From: Alphaproteobacteria bacterium
Lineage (GTDB): Bacteria > Pseudomonadota > Alphaproteobacteria > CADEGL01
Reading direction: 5' to 3'
NCBI GenBank assembly: GCA_046153685.1
Contig: JBJXGH010000037.1
Span: forward strand, 38,323 to 102,322
DNA length: 64,000 nt
The notes beneath the pieces were generated by a model. That model was given only the letters and a program-made list of their open reading frames with translations. It had not been told where the DNA came from and did no database searches. The first letter of the stretch is position 1. Every line of letters starts with the position of its first letter. Shown one piece after another: positions 48,482 to 56,677 of this stretch. The position numbers and the translations under genes were made by a program.

Positions 48482-50665
48482 TCAGCGCTTGGCTTGCGAG
48501 AGGAGCTGTACCAAGTCGGCATAATTTTCCTTCTTGGCGTGATCGAGGGCGGAGAATCCGGCCTTGTCCTTGGTTTCAGGCTTGGCGCCGCCGGCAAGCA
48601 GCGTCTTCACGACGGCGACGTGGCCGTTAATGGTCGCCCGAATAAGCGCCGTGCGCCCGAAAATATCCGGATAATCGATTTCGACGCCTGATTTGATCAG
48701 TTTGTCCACGACGTCCTGATAACCATTGCTAGACGCCCAGTTGATCGCCGAACGTCCGTGCTTGTCGATCAAATCGGGATCCGCCCCGGCCTCGAGCAGC
48801 GCGCCGACCATCATGGGCTCGCCGCGCCAGCCCGCGTTGATGAGTGCGGTCTTGCCCTCGATGTCGCGGCCATCGGCGTCCTCGCCGCGCGCGATCAGGG
48901 TGCGCAGTTCGGCCAGATCGCCCTTGGCGACGGCATCGAGCAAGGCCTGCTTCTTGGTTGCGGCGCCGACTTGCGCTGGCTCGCCCAATACGGCCTTCAG
49001 CTCGCTGACCTCGCGCCGCGTGCGCATGAGATCGCTGGAGTTGAGCTGGGGTTCGATCAGCGCCGCCGCCCGCGCCGCCGATTCATTGCCCTGGCTGGCC
49101 GCGAGGGCAAGCCAAGTCCGGGCGTCGGCAAGATCCTGTTTCATGCCGTAGCCGCGCGCCGCCATGAAGCCGAGCGTCACTTGCGCATTGACGTGACCTT
49201 GACGGGCGGCGCGTTCGAGCATCTCCACGGCATGAGCAGGGTCGCGCGGCACGCCCTGGCCGAGCAGCTCGCGGCGCGCGAGGCCGTACTGCGCGTGGGC
49301 GGCGCCGCGCTCGGCGGCCTTGCGAATGCGCTCGACCACCTGCTGGCGTCGCGGCGTGGGCGGCAATTGGGGCACGGATTCGGGCGTCGTGATCGCGGCG
49401 GCTATATCCGAGTCCACGCCCGGCATCTGATTCACCAAGAGGCGCAGCGCCACATTGCCTTGGCGTTCCGCCGGGGCTTGGGACAAGCCTTGCGCCTGCG
49501 CCGATTTGCCGCCGCCGCCGGTGGCTGGATCGCCCAGCGGGGCATTGCCGGCCTTGCTGCCGGACGCCAGGTTCTCGATCGAGTTCGCGCCCTTCGCGGC
49601 CACCGCTGTGGTGCTCTTGGTCGAGGTGAGCACGGTCTCGGCTTCGGTCCTGCCGCCTTGCGCCTTGCCATCGGTCTGCAACGCCCCGCTCGTGGGCGTT
49701 TGGCTCTTGCCTTGCGAGTCCGGCGCGGCATCGGGATTGGCCGAGAGGGCGGCGAGTTTGGTCGATTTTCCCGGGCCCGGCAGCGCGGTCGCGCCTTTGC
49801 GCGCCGCCTGCACTTCGGCACGGCTGCGCGCCGCGTCGGCGGACATCGCGGGGTCGGCTTTTTCACTATCGGCTTGGCTTGGCGCGTCCTGTTGGGTGCC
49901 GGAAATCGGAGTGATTTTGGCGAGATTCCCCTTGGCGGCGAGCGCTTTGTCTTCTTTTTCCTTCGCGTTCTTCGTGCCTTGGACGATGGCGTCGGGTTTT
50001 TCGCTGCCGGGTGCGGTCTGATCGGGGGCGCCACCGCGGCTCTCCTCGCCGCGCTCGGACGATTTGAACTTCGCGGGCTTGGCGCTCTCTTGGTCCGCGC
50101 GCTCGGATTTGGGCGCGCTGGTCGGGTTGTCTTGATGCGCTTCAGGCGGCGTGGGCTTGGGGGTCGCATCCTGCGCCGCCTTCACGGCGGACGGCGCGCG
50201 CCGTGGAAGGGGCGCCAACGCCTTGCCGTCATCGCTACCGCCGGTCTTGAGATTGATTTTGCTGGCGTCGTTGGGCGGCGAGGCTGGCACTTGATCGCCT
50301 GCGTCGGGGCCGATCTTGGGCCCGGAACCCTTGCCCAAGCGCGACTGATCCCAACTGACCGAGCCGTAGGCGCGCAGGACCTCCGGATCTTCCTTCGGAC
50401 CCATGAACACGACATCGACACGGAAGTTCTCGGGGCGCGTGCGTTCCTCAAGCCAGTCGAGATCGAGTTGCGGCAGGCCGAACACGAACACCGTCACCGC
50501 GCAGATATGAAGCACAACCGATAGGAGAAGGGCGGGTTGGCTCATAAGCGCCACCTGGCGCGCCGTATCCGAGAGCGCCACGCGCCCTTCCGCGCGCTCG
50601 ATCATGAGGGGCGCGTTCACCGAATCTCCACCATCCTCGCGGTATGGGTCCGACATGGCCGCCAT
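48482..50665 (-). CDS. Membrane-anchored protein with long low-complexity linker, Sel1 repeats and C-terminal ankyrin repeats
   Basis: TM with S--LH motif; ~300 aa P/A/K/S/G-rich region; AQY-LA...G-GV--D Sel1 units; G-TALI-A...G...LL-AGA ankyrin units. Confidence 0.88.
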   Translation of the reverse strand: MAAMSDPYREDGGDSVNAPLMIERAEGRVALSDTARQVALMSQPALLLSVVLHICAVTVFVFGLPQLDLDWLEERTRPENFRVDVVFMGPKEDPEVLRAYGSVSWDQSRLGKGSGPKIGPDAGDQVPASPPNDASKINLKTGGSDDGKALAPLPRRAPSAVKAAQDATPKPTPPEAHQDNPTSAPKSERADQESAKPAKFKSSERGEESRGGAPDQTAPGSEKPDAIVQGTKNAKEKEDKALAAKGNLAKITPISGTQQDAPSQADSEKADPAMSADAARSRAEVQAARKGATALPGPGKSTKLAALSANPDAAPDSQGKSQTPTSGALQTDGKAQGGRTEAETVLTSTKSTTAVAAKGANSIENLASGSKAGNAPLGDPATGGGGKSAQAQGLSQAPAERQGNVALRLLVNQMPGVDSDIAAAITTPESVPQLPPTPRRQQVVERIRKAAERGAAHAQYGLARRELLGQGVPRDPAHAVEMLERAARQGHVNAQVTLGFMAARGYGMKQDLADARTWLALAASQGNESAARAAALIEPQLNSSDLMRTRREVSELKAVLGEPAQVGAATKKQALLDAVAKGDLAELRTLIARGEDADGRDIEGKTALINAGWRGEPMMVGALLEAGADPDLIDKHGRSAINWASSNGYQDVVDKLIKSGVEIDYPDIFGRTALIRATINGHVAVVKTLLAGGAKPETKDKAGFSALDHAKKENYADLVQLLSQAKR

Positions 50666-50702
50666 CTTTTCCGTCAATCCAGTCCGGAAATCGCCGCGCC
50701 GC

Positions 50703-51005
50703 GTGATAAGGCGGGCTTATGTTCCGGTCCTAAGTCTCCCGGTCCTATGGGCGGTTTGCTTTGGCACGGCCGCCTCGGCGAATGCGCAAGAAGCAGGCCC
50801 GAGGGGCGCAGCTTACACCTTTCGCTGTTATCAAGCCGGGGTGCTGATCGTCAGCGAACAAGTTCGGGCGCCGCCGCGAAAAGATCAAGGGATATGGAAG
50901 GGCGAACGCTGGAGCACGGAGCAAGGCGAAAGCGGCCTTGCCATCGTGTTCGATCCCGGCGAAAGCGCCGCGTGTCTGGCGACCGAAAACCCCAAACGCA
51001 AGTGA
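50703..51005 (+). CDS. Small exported hypothetical protein
   Basis: Signal-like N-terminus ending ANA-QE; two Cys; fills the gap up to the moaA stop; start uncertain. Confidence 0.55.
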   Translation: MIRRAYVPVLSLPVLWAVCFGTAASANAQEAGPRGAAYTFRCYQAGVLIVSEQVRAPPRKDQGIWKGERWSTEQGESGLAIVFDPGESAACLATENPKRK

Positions 51006-51006
51006 C

Positions 51007-52050
51007 CTAGCCGCCGGTGACGCTCATGTGGCGGGAAATGGGCCGAAGCGCGTGGCGCCGGTCGATGATGAAGTCGTGACCCTTGGGCTTGCGGGCAATG
51101 GCCGCACGAATGGCGCGCGTCAGCGCTGCGTCGTCGGCATGCGCGCGCAACGGCGTGCGCAGGTCCGCCGCGTCCTCTTGGCCCAAACACATGAACAGCG
51201 TGCCCGTGCAGGTCAGGCGCACGCGGTTGCAAAGCTCGCAGAAATTGTGAGTGAGCGGGGTGATGAACCCGAGACGCCGCCCGGTTTCCTTGACCGTGAA
51301 ATAGCGCGCCGGCCCGCCCGTGCGGTAATCGCTGTCCTCGAGCGTGAAGGCGCGCGCAAGCTCGGCCCGCACCATCGAAAGTGGATAGTATTGATCGACG
51401 CGCTGCGCGCCGATATCACCCATGGGCATGACCTCGATCACGGTCATGTCGTAGCCGCGCCGGCCGCACCAGCGCACCATGGCTTCGAGTTCGCCGATAT
51501 TCACGTCCTTGAGCGCGACCGCGTTGATCTTGACCGCTAGACCCGCTGCGTCCGCCGCGTCGAGTCCGGCCAAGACCTGTTCCAGCCGTCCCCAGCGTGT
51601 GATTGCGGCGAATTTTTCCGGATCGAGCGTGTCGATGGAAACATTGATGCGCCGGACCCCGGTTGCGGCCAATTCGCCCGCGTATTTCGCCAGTTGGCTG
51701 CCATTGGTGGTGAGGGTTAATTCTTCGAGCGCGCCGGATTCGAGATGGCGACCGAGCGAGCGAACGAGCGCCATGATATTACGCCGCACCAAGGGTTCGC
51801 CGCCCGTGAGGCGCAGCTTGCGCACGCCGAGATCGATGAAGGCCGAGCACAGCCGGTCGAGTTCCTCGAGCGACAGGACCTCGGCCTTGGGCAGAAAGGT
51901 CATGTCTTCGGCCATGCAGTACACGCAGCGAAAATCGCAGCGATCCGTGACCGAAACCCGGAGATAGCGAATCGCGCGCGCGAAGGGATCGACGAGAGGC
52001 GCGTCTTTGGCGGCGAGTGGTGTGGGCGTCGGGGCGTTCATTTGGTTCAC
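51007..52050 (-). CDS. moaA: GTP 3',8-cyclase
   Basis: [35 protein letters not shown]-terminal MSVTGG. Confidence 0.97.
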   Translation of the reverse strand: MNQMNAPTPTPLAAKDAPLVDPFARAIRYLRVSVTDRCDFRCVYCMAEDMTFLPKAEVLSLEELDRLCSAFIDLGVRKLRLTGGEPLVRRNIMALVRSLGRHLESGALEELTLTTNGSQLAKYAGELAATGVRRINVSIDTLDPEKFAAITRWGRLEQVLAGLDAADAAGLAVKINAVALKDVNIGELEAMVRWCGRRGYDMTVIEVMPMGDIGAQRVDQYYPLSMVRAELARAFTLEDSDYRTGGPARYFTVKETGRRLGFITPLTHNFCELCNRVRLTCTGTLFMCLGQEDAADLRTPLRAHADDAALTRAIRAAIARKPKGHDFIIDRRHALRPISRHMSVTGG

Positions 52051-52217
52051 GCCTTTAACATATGCCTCCCGGCGGCGCGATCAATGGCCGATCGCGGCGT
52101 CGGCTCTGCGCGCCCTTCAAACCCCTTCCGCCTTGTTCGCGCCCATCCCAGAGCGCATATTTCCCTTGCCATGGCCGCTCGCAAGTCTTGCATCCGCTCC
52201 ATTCCCCCGTCACGGCC

Positions 52218-52838
52218 ATGTTCCCCGACACCGTAGGAATCTTGCTTGCGGGTGGGCTTTCCCGTCGAATGGGCGTGGGTGACAAGACGCTTTGCCTCCT
52301 TGGCGGGCGACCCATTCTCGATCATGTGATCGCCCGCGCGCGACCCCAGGTCGGACGCCTTATCCTCAATGCCAATGGCGACCCTGCGCGGTTTGCTTCG
52401 TTCGGCCTGCCGGTCATCGCGGATGCGATCGCGGGCCATGCGGGCCCACTCGCGGGAATTCTCACCGGTCTTGAATGGCTATCGGCCCATGCGCCCGAGG
52501 CGCGGTGGCTCGCGAGCTTTCCAGCCGATGCGCCGTTCCTGCCGCATGATCTGGTCGTGCGCCTGCGCGCGGGTATCGTGGATGGGGGGGCGGAAATCGC
52601 TTGCGCCGTCTCCGCAGGGCGCAGCCATCCGGTCTTGGCCCTTTGGCCGCAAGGCCTCGCGGGCGAATTGCGCCGCGCCATGATCGAGGACGGCGCGCGC
52701 AAGGTCGAAGACTGGATCGCGCGCCGCCGCCTCGCGCGCGTTGAGTTTTCAGCCGCGCCGAGCGATCCGTTCTTCAACGTGAATCGCCCGGCGGATTTGG
52801 CCGAGGCAGAGCGGCTGCTCGGCCGATCTCGAACATGA
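52218..52838 (+). CDS. mobA: Molybdenum cofactor guanylyltransferase
   Basis: LAGGLSRRMG--DK, GPLAGI, P-D-PF, DPFFNVN-P-DL. Confidence 0.95.
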   Translation: MFPDTVGILLAGGLSRRMGVGDKTLCLLGGRPILDHVIARARPQVGRLILNANGDPARFASFGLPVIADAIAGHAGPLAGILTGLEWLSAHAPEARWLASFPADAPFLPHDLVVRLRAGIVDGGAEIACAVSAGRSHPVLALWPQGLAGELRRAMIEDGARKVEDWIARRRLARVEFSAAPSDPFFNVNRPADLAEAERLLGRSRT

Positions 52839-52861
52839 CGTGGCGCGTTGGCCGCGATCTC

Positions 52862-54034
52862 TCAGCCGATGGCCTCGGCGTATAAATTCTGGAAATTATG
52901 CACGCTCCGCTCCCAATAGGGTGAAAACCGCGTGCGGATGCCCGCCGCGTCGCGCACGCGGGCCATTTCCTGGACATTGCGCACGAGCGCAATGTCCTGC
53001 TCGCCGATGGTGCGCCAGCTATCGAAAACGGCTTCGCGGTGTTCGCGGTGGTCGGGAGAGGTCGCCCCGTCGCCGAATAAATAAAGATGGCGCACATAGC
53101 GCGTTCGATCGTGCCCGTGCGGCAGCAGGAAGTTCAATCCGACATGGTTGGCATTTATGAAAAAGATGCCGGTCGGGAAAATCGTGATGAGATATTGCCG
53201 CTTGCCCAGATCGGGCGGCGATCGGGGGCAGCGGGGCAACGCGTTTTGCCGGACGATGCTGCCGCCCTCGCCGAGCTTGCGAAACGCCTCCGGCAGGTAG
53301 TGCATGGATATGGCGCAATCGCCGAGCACCTCGTGCCGCCAATCGGCCTGCTTTTCGCCCGTGGCGAGTTGGGGATGGCAGAACGGCACGTGATAATTCT
53401 CCATCGCCCCCTCGACGACGAATTTCCAATTTCCTTCGAAGGGCGTGTCGATCGTGGTGCCGTAGCTGAGTCCGGACAGGTCGAACTCCGCGAAGAACCC
53501 CGCAAGCGGCGCCAGCCAGTCCTCGAAGGGCCGCGCCCGGCCGTCGATATTGACGAAGACGTAGTCCAGCCAGCGCGCGCTGCGGATTTCGACGAGGCCG
53601 AGCGTCGAGTTGTCGAAGGCTTCGTGCCGATGCGCGTCGTCGCCGGCGATCATGGGCGTGGCGGAAAGCGCGCCGTCGAGATCGTATGTCCAAGAATGCC
53701 ACGGGCATTGGATCGCGCGCTTCCTGCGGCAGGGCTCGGCCACGAGCTTCATGCCGCGATGCCGGCAAATATTGTGGAAGCACTTCACGCGCCCCTCGCG
53801 CGTGCGCACGACCAGAACGTGCCAGCCCGCTATCTCCACGGGCTTCATGTCGCCAGGCTCCGGAACCTCGGCTCCGACCGCGACGGGCACCCAGCGGCGC
53901 GCGAAGATGCGCTCGTGCTCCAGCTCGAAACTTCCCGGTCCATAATATCCGCCGGGCAATCCGATGGCGTGCGCCGTCGGCCGCGCGAGCGCGTTTCGAT
54001 CCGATCGATCCGAAGGGGCGGTGGGCGGGGTCAA
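52862..54034 (-). CDS. Rieske non-haem iron oxygenase alpha subunit (choline monooxygenase/Stc2-like group)
   Basis: CRHRG...CPWHSW Rieske ligands; GNWK, E-YH---CHP and EQD mononuclear iron ligands. Confidence 0.9.
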   Translation of the reverse strand: MTPPTAPSDRSDRNALARPTAHAIGLPGGYYGPGSFELEHERIFARRWVPVAVGAEVPEPGDMKPVEIAGWHVLVVRTREGRVKCFHNICRHRGMKLVAEPCRRKRAIQCPWHSWTYDLDGALSATPMIAGDDAHRHEAFDNSTLGLVEIRSARWLDYVFVNIDGRARPFEDWLAPLAGFFAEFDLSGLSYGTTIDTPFEGNWKFVVEGAMENYHVPFCHPQLATGEKQADWRHEVLGDCAISMHYLPEAFRKLGEGGSIVRQNALPRCPRSPPDLGKRQYLITIFPTGIFFINANHVGLNFLLPHGHDRTRYVRHLYLFGDGATSPDHREHREAVFDSWRTIGEQDIALVRNVQEMARVRDAAGIRTRFSPYWERSVHNFQNLYAEAIG

Positions 54035-54062
54035 GGTGGGTGTGCGTCTGGTTGGTTGTGCG

Positions 54063-54845
54063 CTAATTGGTCTCGGGCATGACGTAGTTTAGCGCCAAGC
54101 GCCCGCCATCGGCGTAATAAGTTTGACCGGTTACGAAGCTCGCCTCGTCCGAGGCAAGGAATACCGCCACCGCCGCGATTTCGTACGGTTCGGCCGCCCG
54201 GCCGAGCGGCGTGCGGGCCTTCAAGCCCTTGAGCCGCACGGGGTCCGATAGCGGTTCGGCCATCATCGCGGTCTTCACGGGACCCGGGCCGATGGCGACA
54301 ACGCGGATGCCGTGCGGCGCCATGGATAGCGCGAAGGTGCGGGTGAGGAGATTGACCGCGCCCTTGCTCGCGGAATAGCAGCCCTCGTAATTGTCGCCGA
54401 CGACGGCGACGGTCGAGGCGATATTGATGATCACGCCCTTGCGCTTACCCGCGATCATGCGCTTGGCCGCTTCCTGATCGGTCAGTAAGACGCCTTTGAC
54501 GTTGACCGCGAATACCTTGTCGAAGGTTTCGTCGGTCACGTCCATCACGTCGCCGACATCAATCAGCGCGGCATTGGCGATCACGATATCGAGCTGGCCG
54601 AACGAGGTCACGGCGCGATCCATCAGCGCGCTGACCTGGGCGCGCGAGGTTACATCGCAGCGCGCATAGATCGCCCGCCCGCCCTTGGCCTTGATGCCGG
54701 CGGTCACCTCTTCGCCCTCGCGGTCGAGGATGTCGGCGATCACGACGGCGGCGCCCTCCTGGGCGAAGCGTTCGGCATATGCTTGACCGATGCCGCGCGC
54801 GGCTCCGGTGATGACGGCGACCTTGTCCTTGAGGCGCATGGGCAT
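54063..54845 (-). CDS. Short-chain dehydrogenase/reductase, paralogue A
   Basis: TGAARGIG, INIAS, YSASKG, ADGGRL. Confidence 0.92.
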   Translation of the reverse strand: MPMRLKDKVAVITGAARGIGQAYAERFAQEGAAVVIADILDREGEEVTAGIKAKGGRAIYARCDVTSRAQVSALMDRAVTSFGQLDIVIANAALIDVGDVMDVTDETFDKVFAVNVKGVLLTDQEAAKRMIAGKRKGVIINIASTVAVVGDNYEGCYSASKGAVNLLTRTFALSMAPHGIRVVAIGPGPVKTAMMAEPLSDPVRLKGLKARTPLGRAAEPYEIAAVAVFLASDEASFVTGQTYYADGGRLALNYVMPETN

Positions 54846-54873
54846 TCTCTCCGCTATCGGCGCGGGGGCTGAG

Positions 54874-55641
54874 TCAGCCGCGCTCTTTCATATTGAGGTT
54901 CAGCACGAGGCGCCCGCCATCGGCGAAGATGGTCTGGCCGGTAATATAACTCGCATCGTCCGAAGCAAGAAATACCGCCACGCCCGCCATTTCCTCGGGC
55001 TCGCCCATCCGGCGCATGGGTGTGCGCAGTTCGATGTTCCGCAGGCGCGCGCTTCCCGGCGCCGCGTCGGCCATCATGGCGGTCCTAGTGCCGGCCGGCC
55101 CGATGGCGACAACGCGGATGTTGTGATCGGCCAATTCCACCGCCAGCGTGCGCGTGAGCGCGCCCACGGCCCCCTTCGACACCGGATAACAGCCTTCGCC
55201 GATCTCGCCGAGAATGGCCACGATCGATGAGATATTGATCAGCACGCCGCCCGTCTTGCGCGCGATCATGCGCCGCGCCGCCTGGCGGCAGGTGAAGAAC
55301 ACGCCCTTCACGTTGATCGCCATCATCCGGTCGAACATGGCCTCGTCCGATTCCATGATCGAGCCCGAATCGACGATGCCCGCATTGGCGACGGCGATAT
55401 CGAGCCCGCCATGGACCGAGAGCGCCTCGTCCATGAGCTTGGCGACATCGCCTTCCCGAGTGACATCGCAATGGACATAGCTCGCCGCGGGGCCGAGTTC
55501 GCGCGCCAGGTCCTGGCCTTCCTTATCCTGGATATCGCCGATGGCGACCTTCGCGCCCTCGGCGACGAAGCGGCGCACATAGGCGGCGCCGATTCCTTGG
55601 CTGCCGCCGGTGATGACCGCCACTTTGTTCTTGAGCCGCAT
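54874..55641 (-). CDS. Short-chain dehydrogenase/reductase, paralogue B
   Basis: TGGSQGIG, ANAG, YPVSKG, ADGGRL; collinear with 54063..54845. Confidence 0.92.
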   Translation of the reverse strand: MRLKNKVAVITGGSQGIGAAYVRRFVAEGAKVAIGDIQDKEGQDLARELGPAASYVHCDVTREGDVAKLMDEALSVHGGLDIAVANAGIVDSGSIMESDEAMFDRMMAINVKGVFFTCRQAARRMIARKTGGVLINISSIVAILGEIGEGCYPVSKGAVGALTRTLAVELADHNIRVVAIGPAGTRTAMMADAAPGSARLRNIELRTPMRRMGEPEEMAGVAVFLASDDASYITGQTIFADGGRLVLNLNMKERG

Positions 55642-55853
55642 AGGCGTTCCTTTCGCGGATTACCCGCCGCAAATTGCCAATGAATTGCGCTGAAAACCCT
55701 AGGCCAGCGACGCCGGGTCCGTGACGGGGAAAATTTACGCGCCTTGCGAATCGTAACTGCCCGCCCGACCGCCGCCCCGGTCTGCCGAGCCTGCCGGCGC
55801 GGCAATCCAAGACGAAGGAACATGCAAGCGCGGCGGGCGGCACGGAAGTCGAA

Positions 55854-55868
55854 TTAACGGACATTTAT
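55854..55868 (+). promoter_or_regulatory. CtrA-box-like site upstream of chpT
   Basis: TTAA-CGGACAT-TTAT, one mismatch to TTAA-N7-TTAA, in an AT-rich patch. Confidence 0.5.
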
Positions 55869-55962
55869 CTGTTAGAGCCATTTATTGATATGTTGGCATG
55901 GGGGTCAAGGCGAATGCGGCCTTCCCTTTCGCGCCGTGTCTGTTCGGAGCCTTGCCGTGACG

Positions 55963-56577
55963 ATGCTGCTCGATTTACAGGTTTTTGAGTTGCTGTGCTC
56001 GCGGCTGTGCCATGACTTGGTTAGCCCAGTCGGCGCCATCAACAACGGCGTCGAGCTCTTGGCGGAGCTGGGGCCGGACGAGGAGGCCTTGAAACTTGTT
56101 GGGCAGAGCGCGCAAGCGGCCGCCCGTCGTCTCAAGTTCTATCGCGTGGCGTACGGCGCGGCGGGCGCGGCGGAATTGCCCATGGACGAATTGCGCGACC
56201 TGATGACCGGGCTTCTCGTCGATCGCCATATCGCGCTCGGCTGGGACAGCCGCGGGGCCATACCCTTCGGCCTGCCGGGCCGGCGCTTACTGTTGAATAT
56301 GCTGGCATTTGCCGCGGAATCCCTGCCGCGTGGCGGCACCATCCATGTCGGCTCGCGCGAGGCGCCCGAAGCCATATTGCTGGCCGCCGAGGGCGCGGGC
56401 GCGACCCTACCCGAGGGCGCCCAAGCCGCGATCGACGGCTCGGCCCCACCTGGCGAACTAACCGCGCGTACGATCCAGGCCTATTTCGCTTCCAGGCTTG
56501 CCGAGGCGCTGGGCGCGCGGTTGTCGGTTTCGTGCACGCCTGGCCGCCTCGCCATCATCGCCGAGACCGGCAGCTAA
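55963..56577 (+). CDS. chpT: Histidine phosphotransferase ChpT
   Basis: LLCSRLCHDLVSPVGAINNGVELL, L-FYR-AYG, LPRGG; start 55957 or 55963. Confidence 0.93.
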   Translation: MLLDLQVFELLCSRLCHDLVSPVGAINNGVELLAELGPDEEALKLVGQSAQAAARRLKFYRVAYGAAGAAELPMDELRDLMTGLLVDRHIALGWDSRGAIPFGLPGRRLLLNMLAFAAESLPRGGTIHVGSREAPEAILLAAEGAGATLPEGAQAAIDGSAPPGELTARTIQAYFASRLAEALGARLSVSCTPGRLAIIAETGS

Positions 56578-56677
56578 CACGGTCCTTTACCGGATTTTTA
56601 CCCTGCCCCGCGAAGCTGAGGGTCGTCATGCGCGCGTCACTGGGACGCGCCGCTCCTCAGTCCGCCGGGTTCCAGTC

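Noticed and set aside
52051-52217. Moco riboswitch between divergent moaA and mobA
   Set aside because: I could not identify the conserved stems by eye; an Infernal search would be needed
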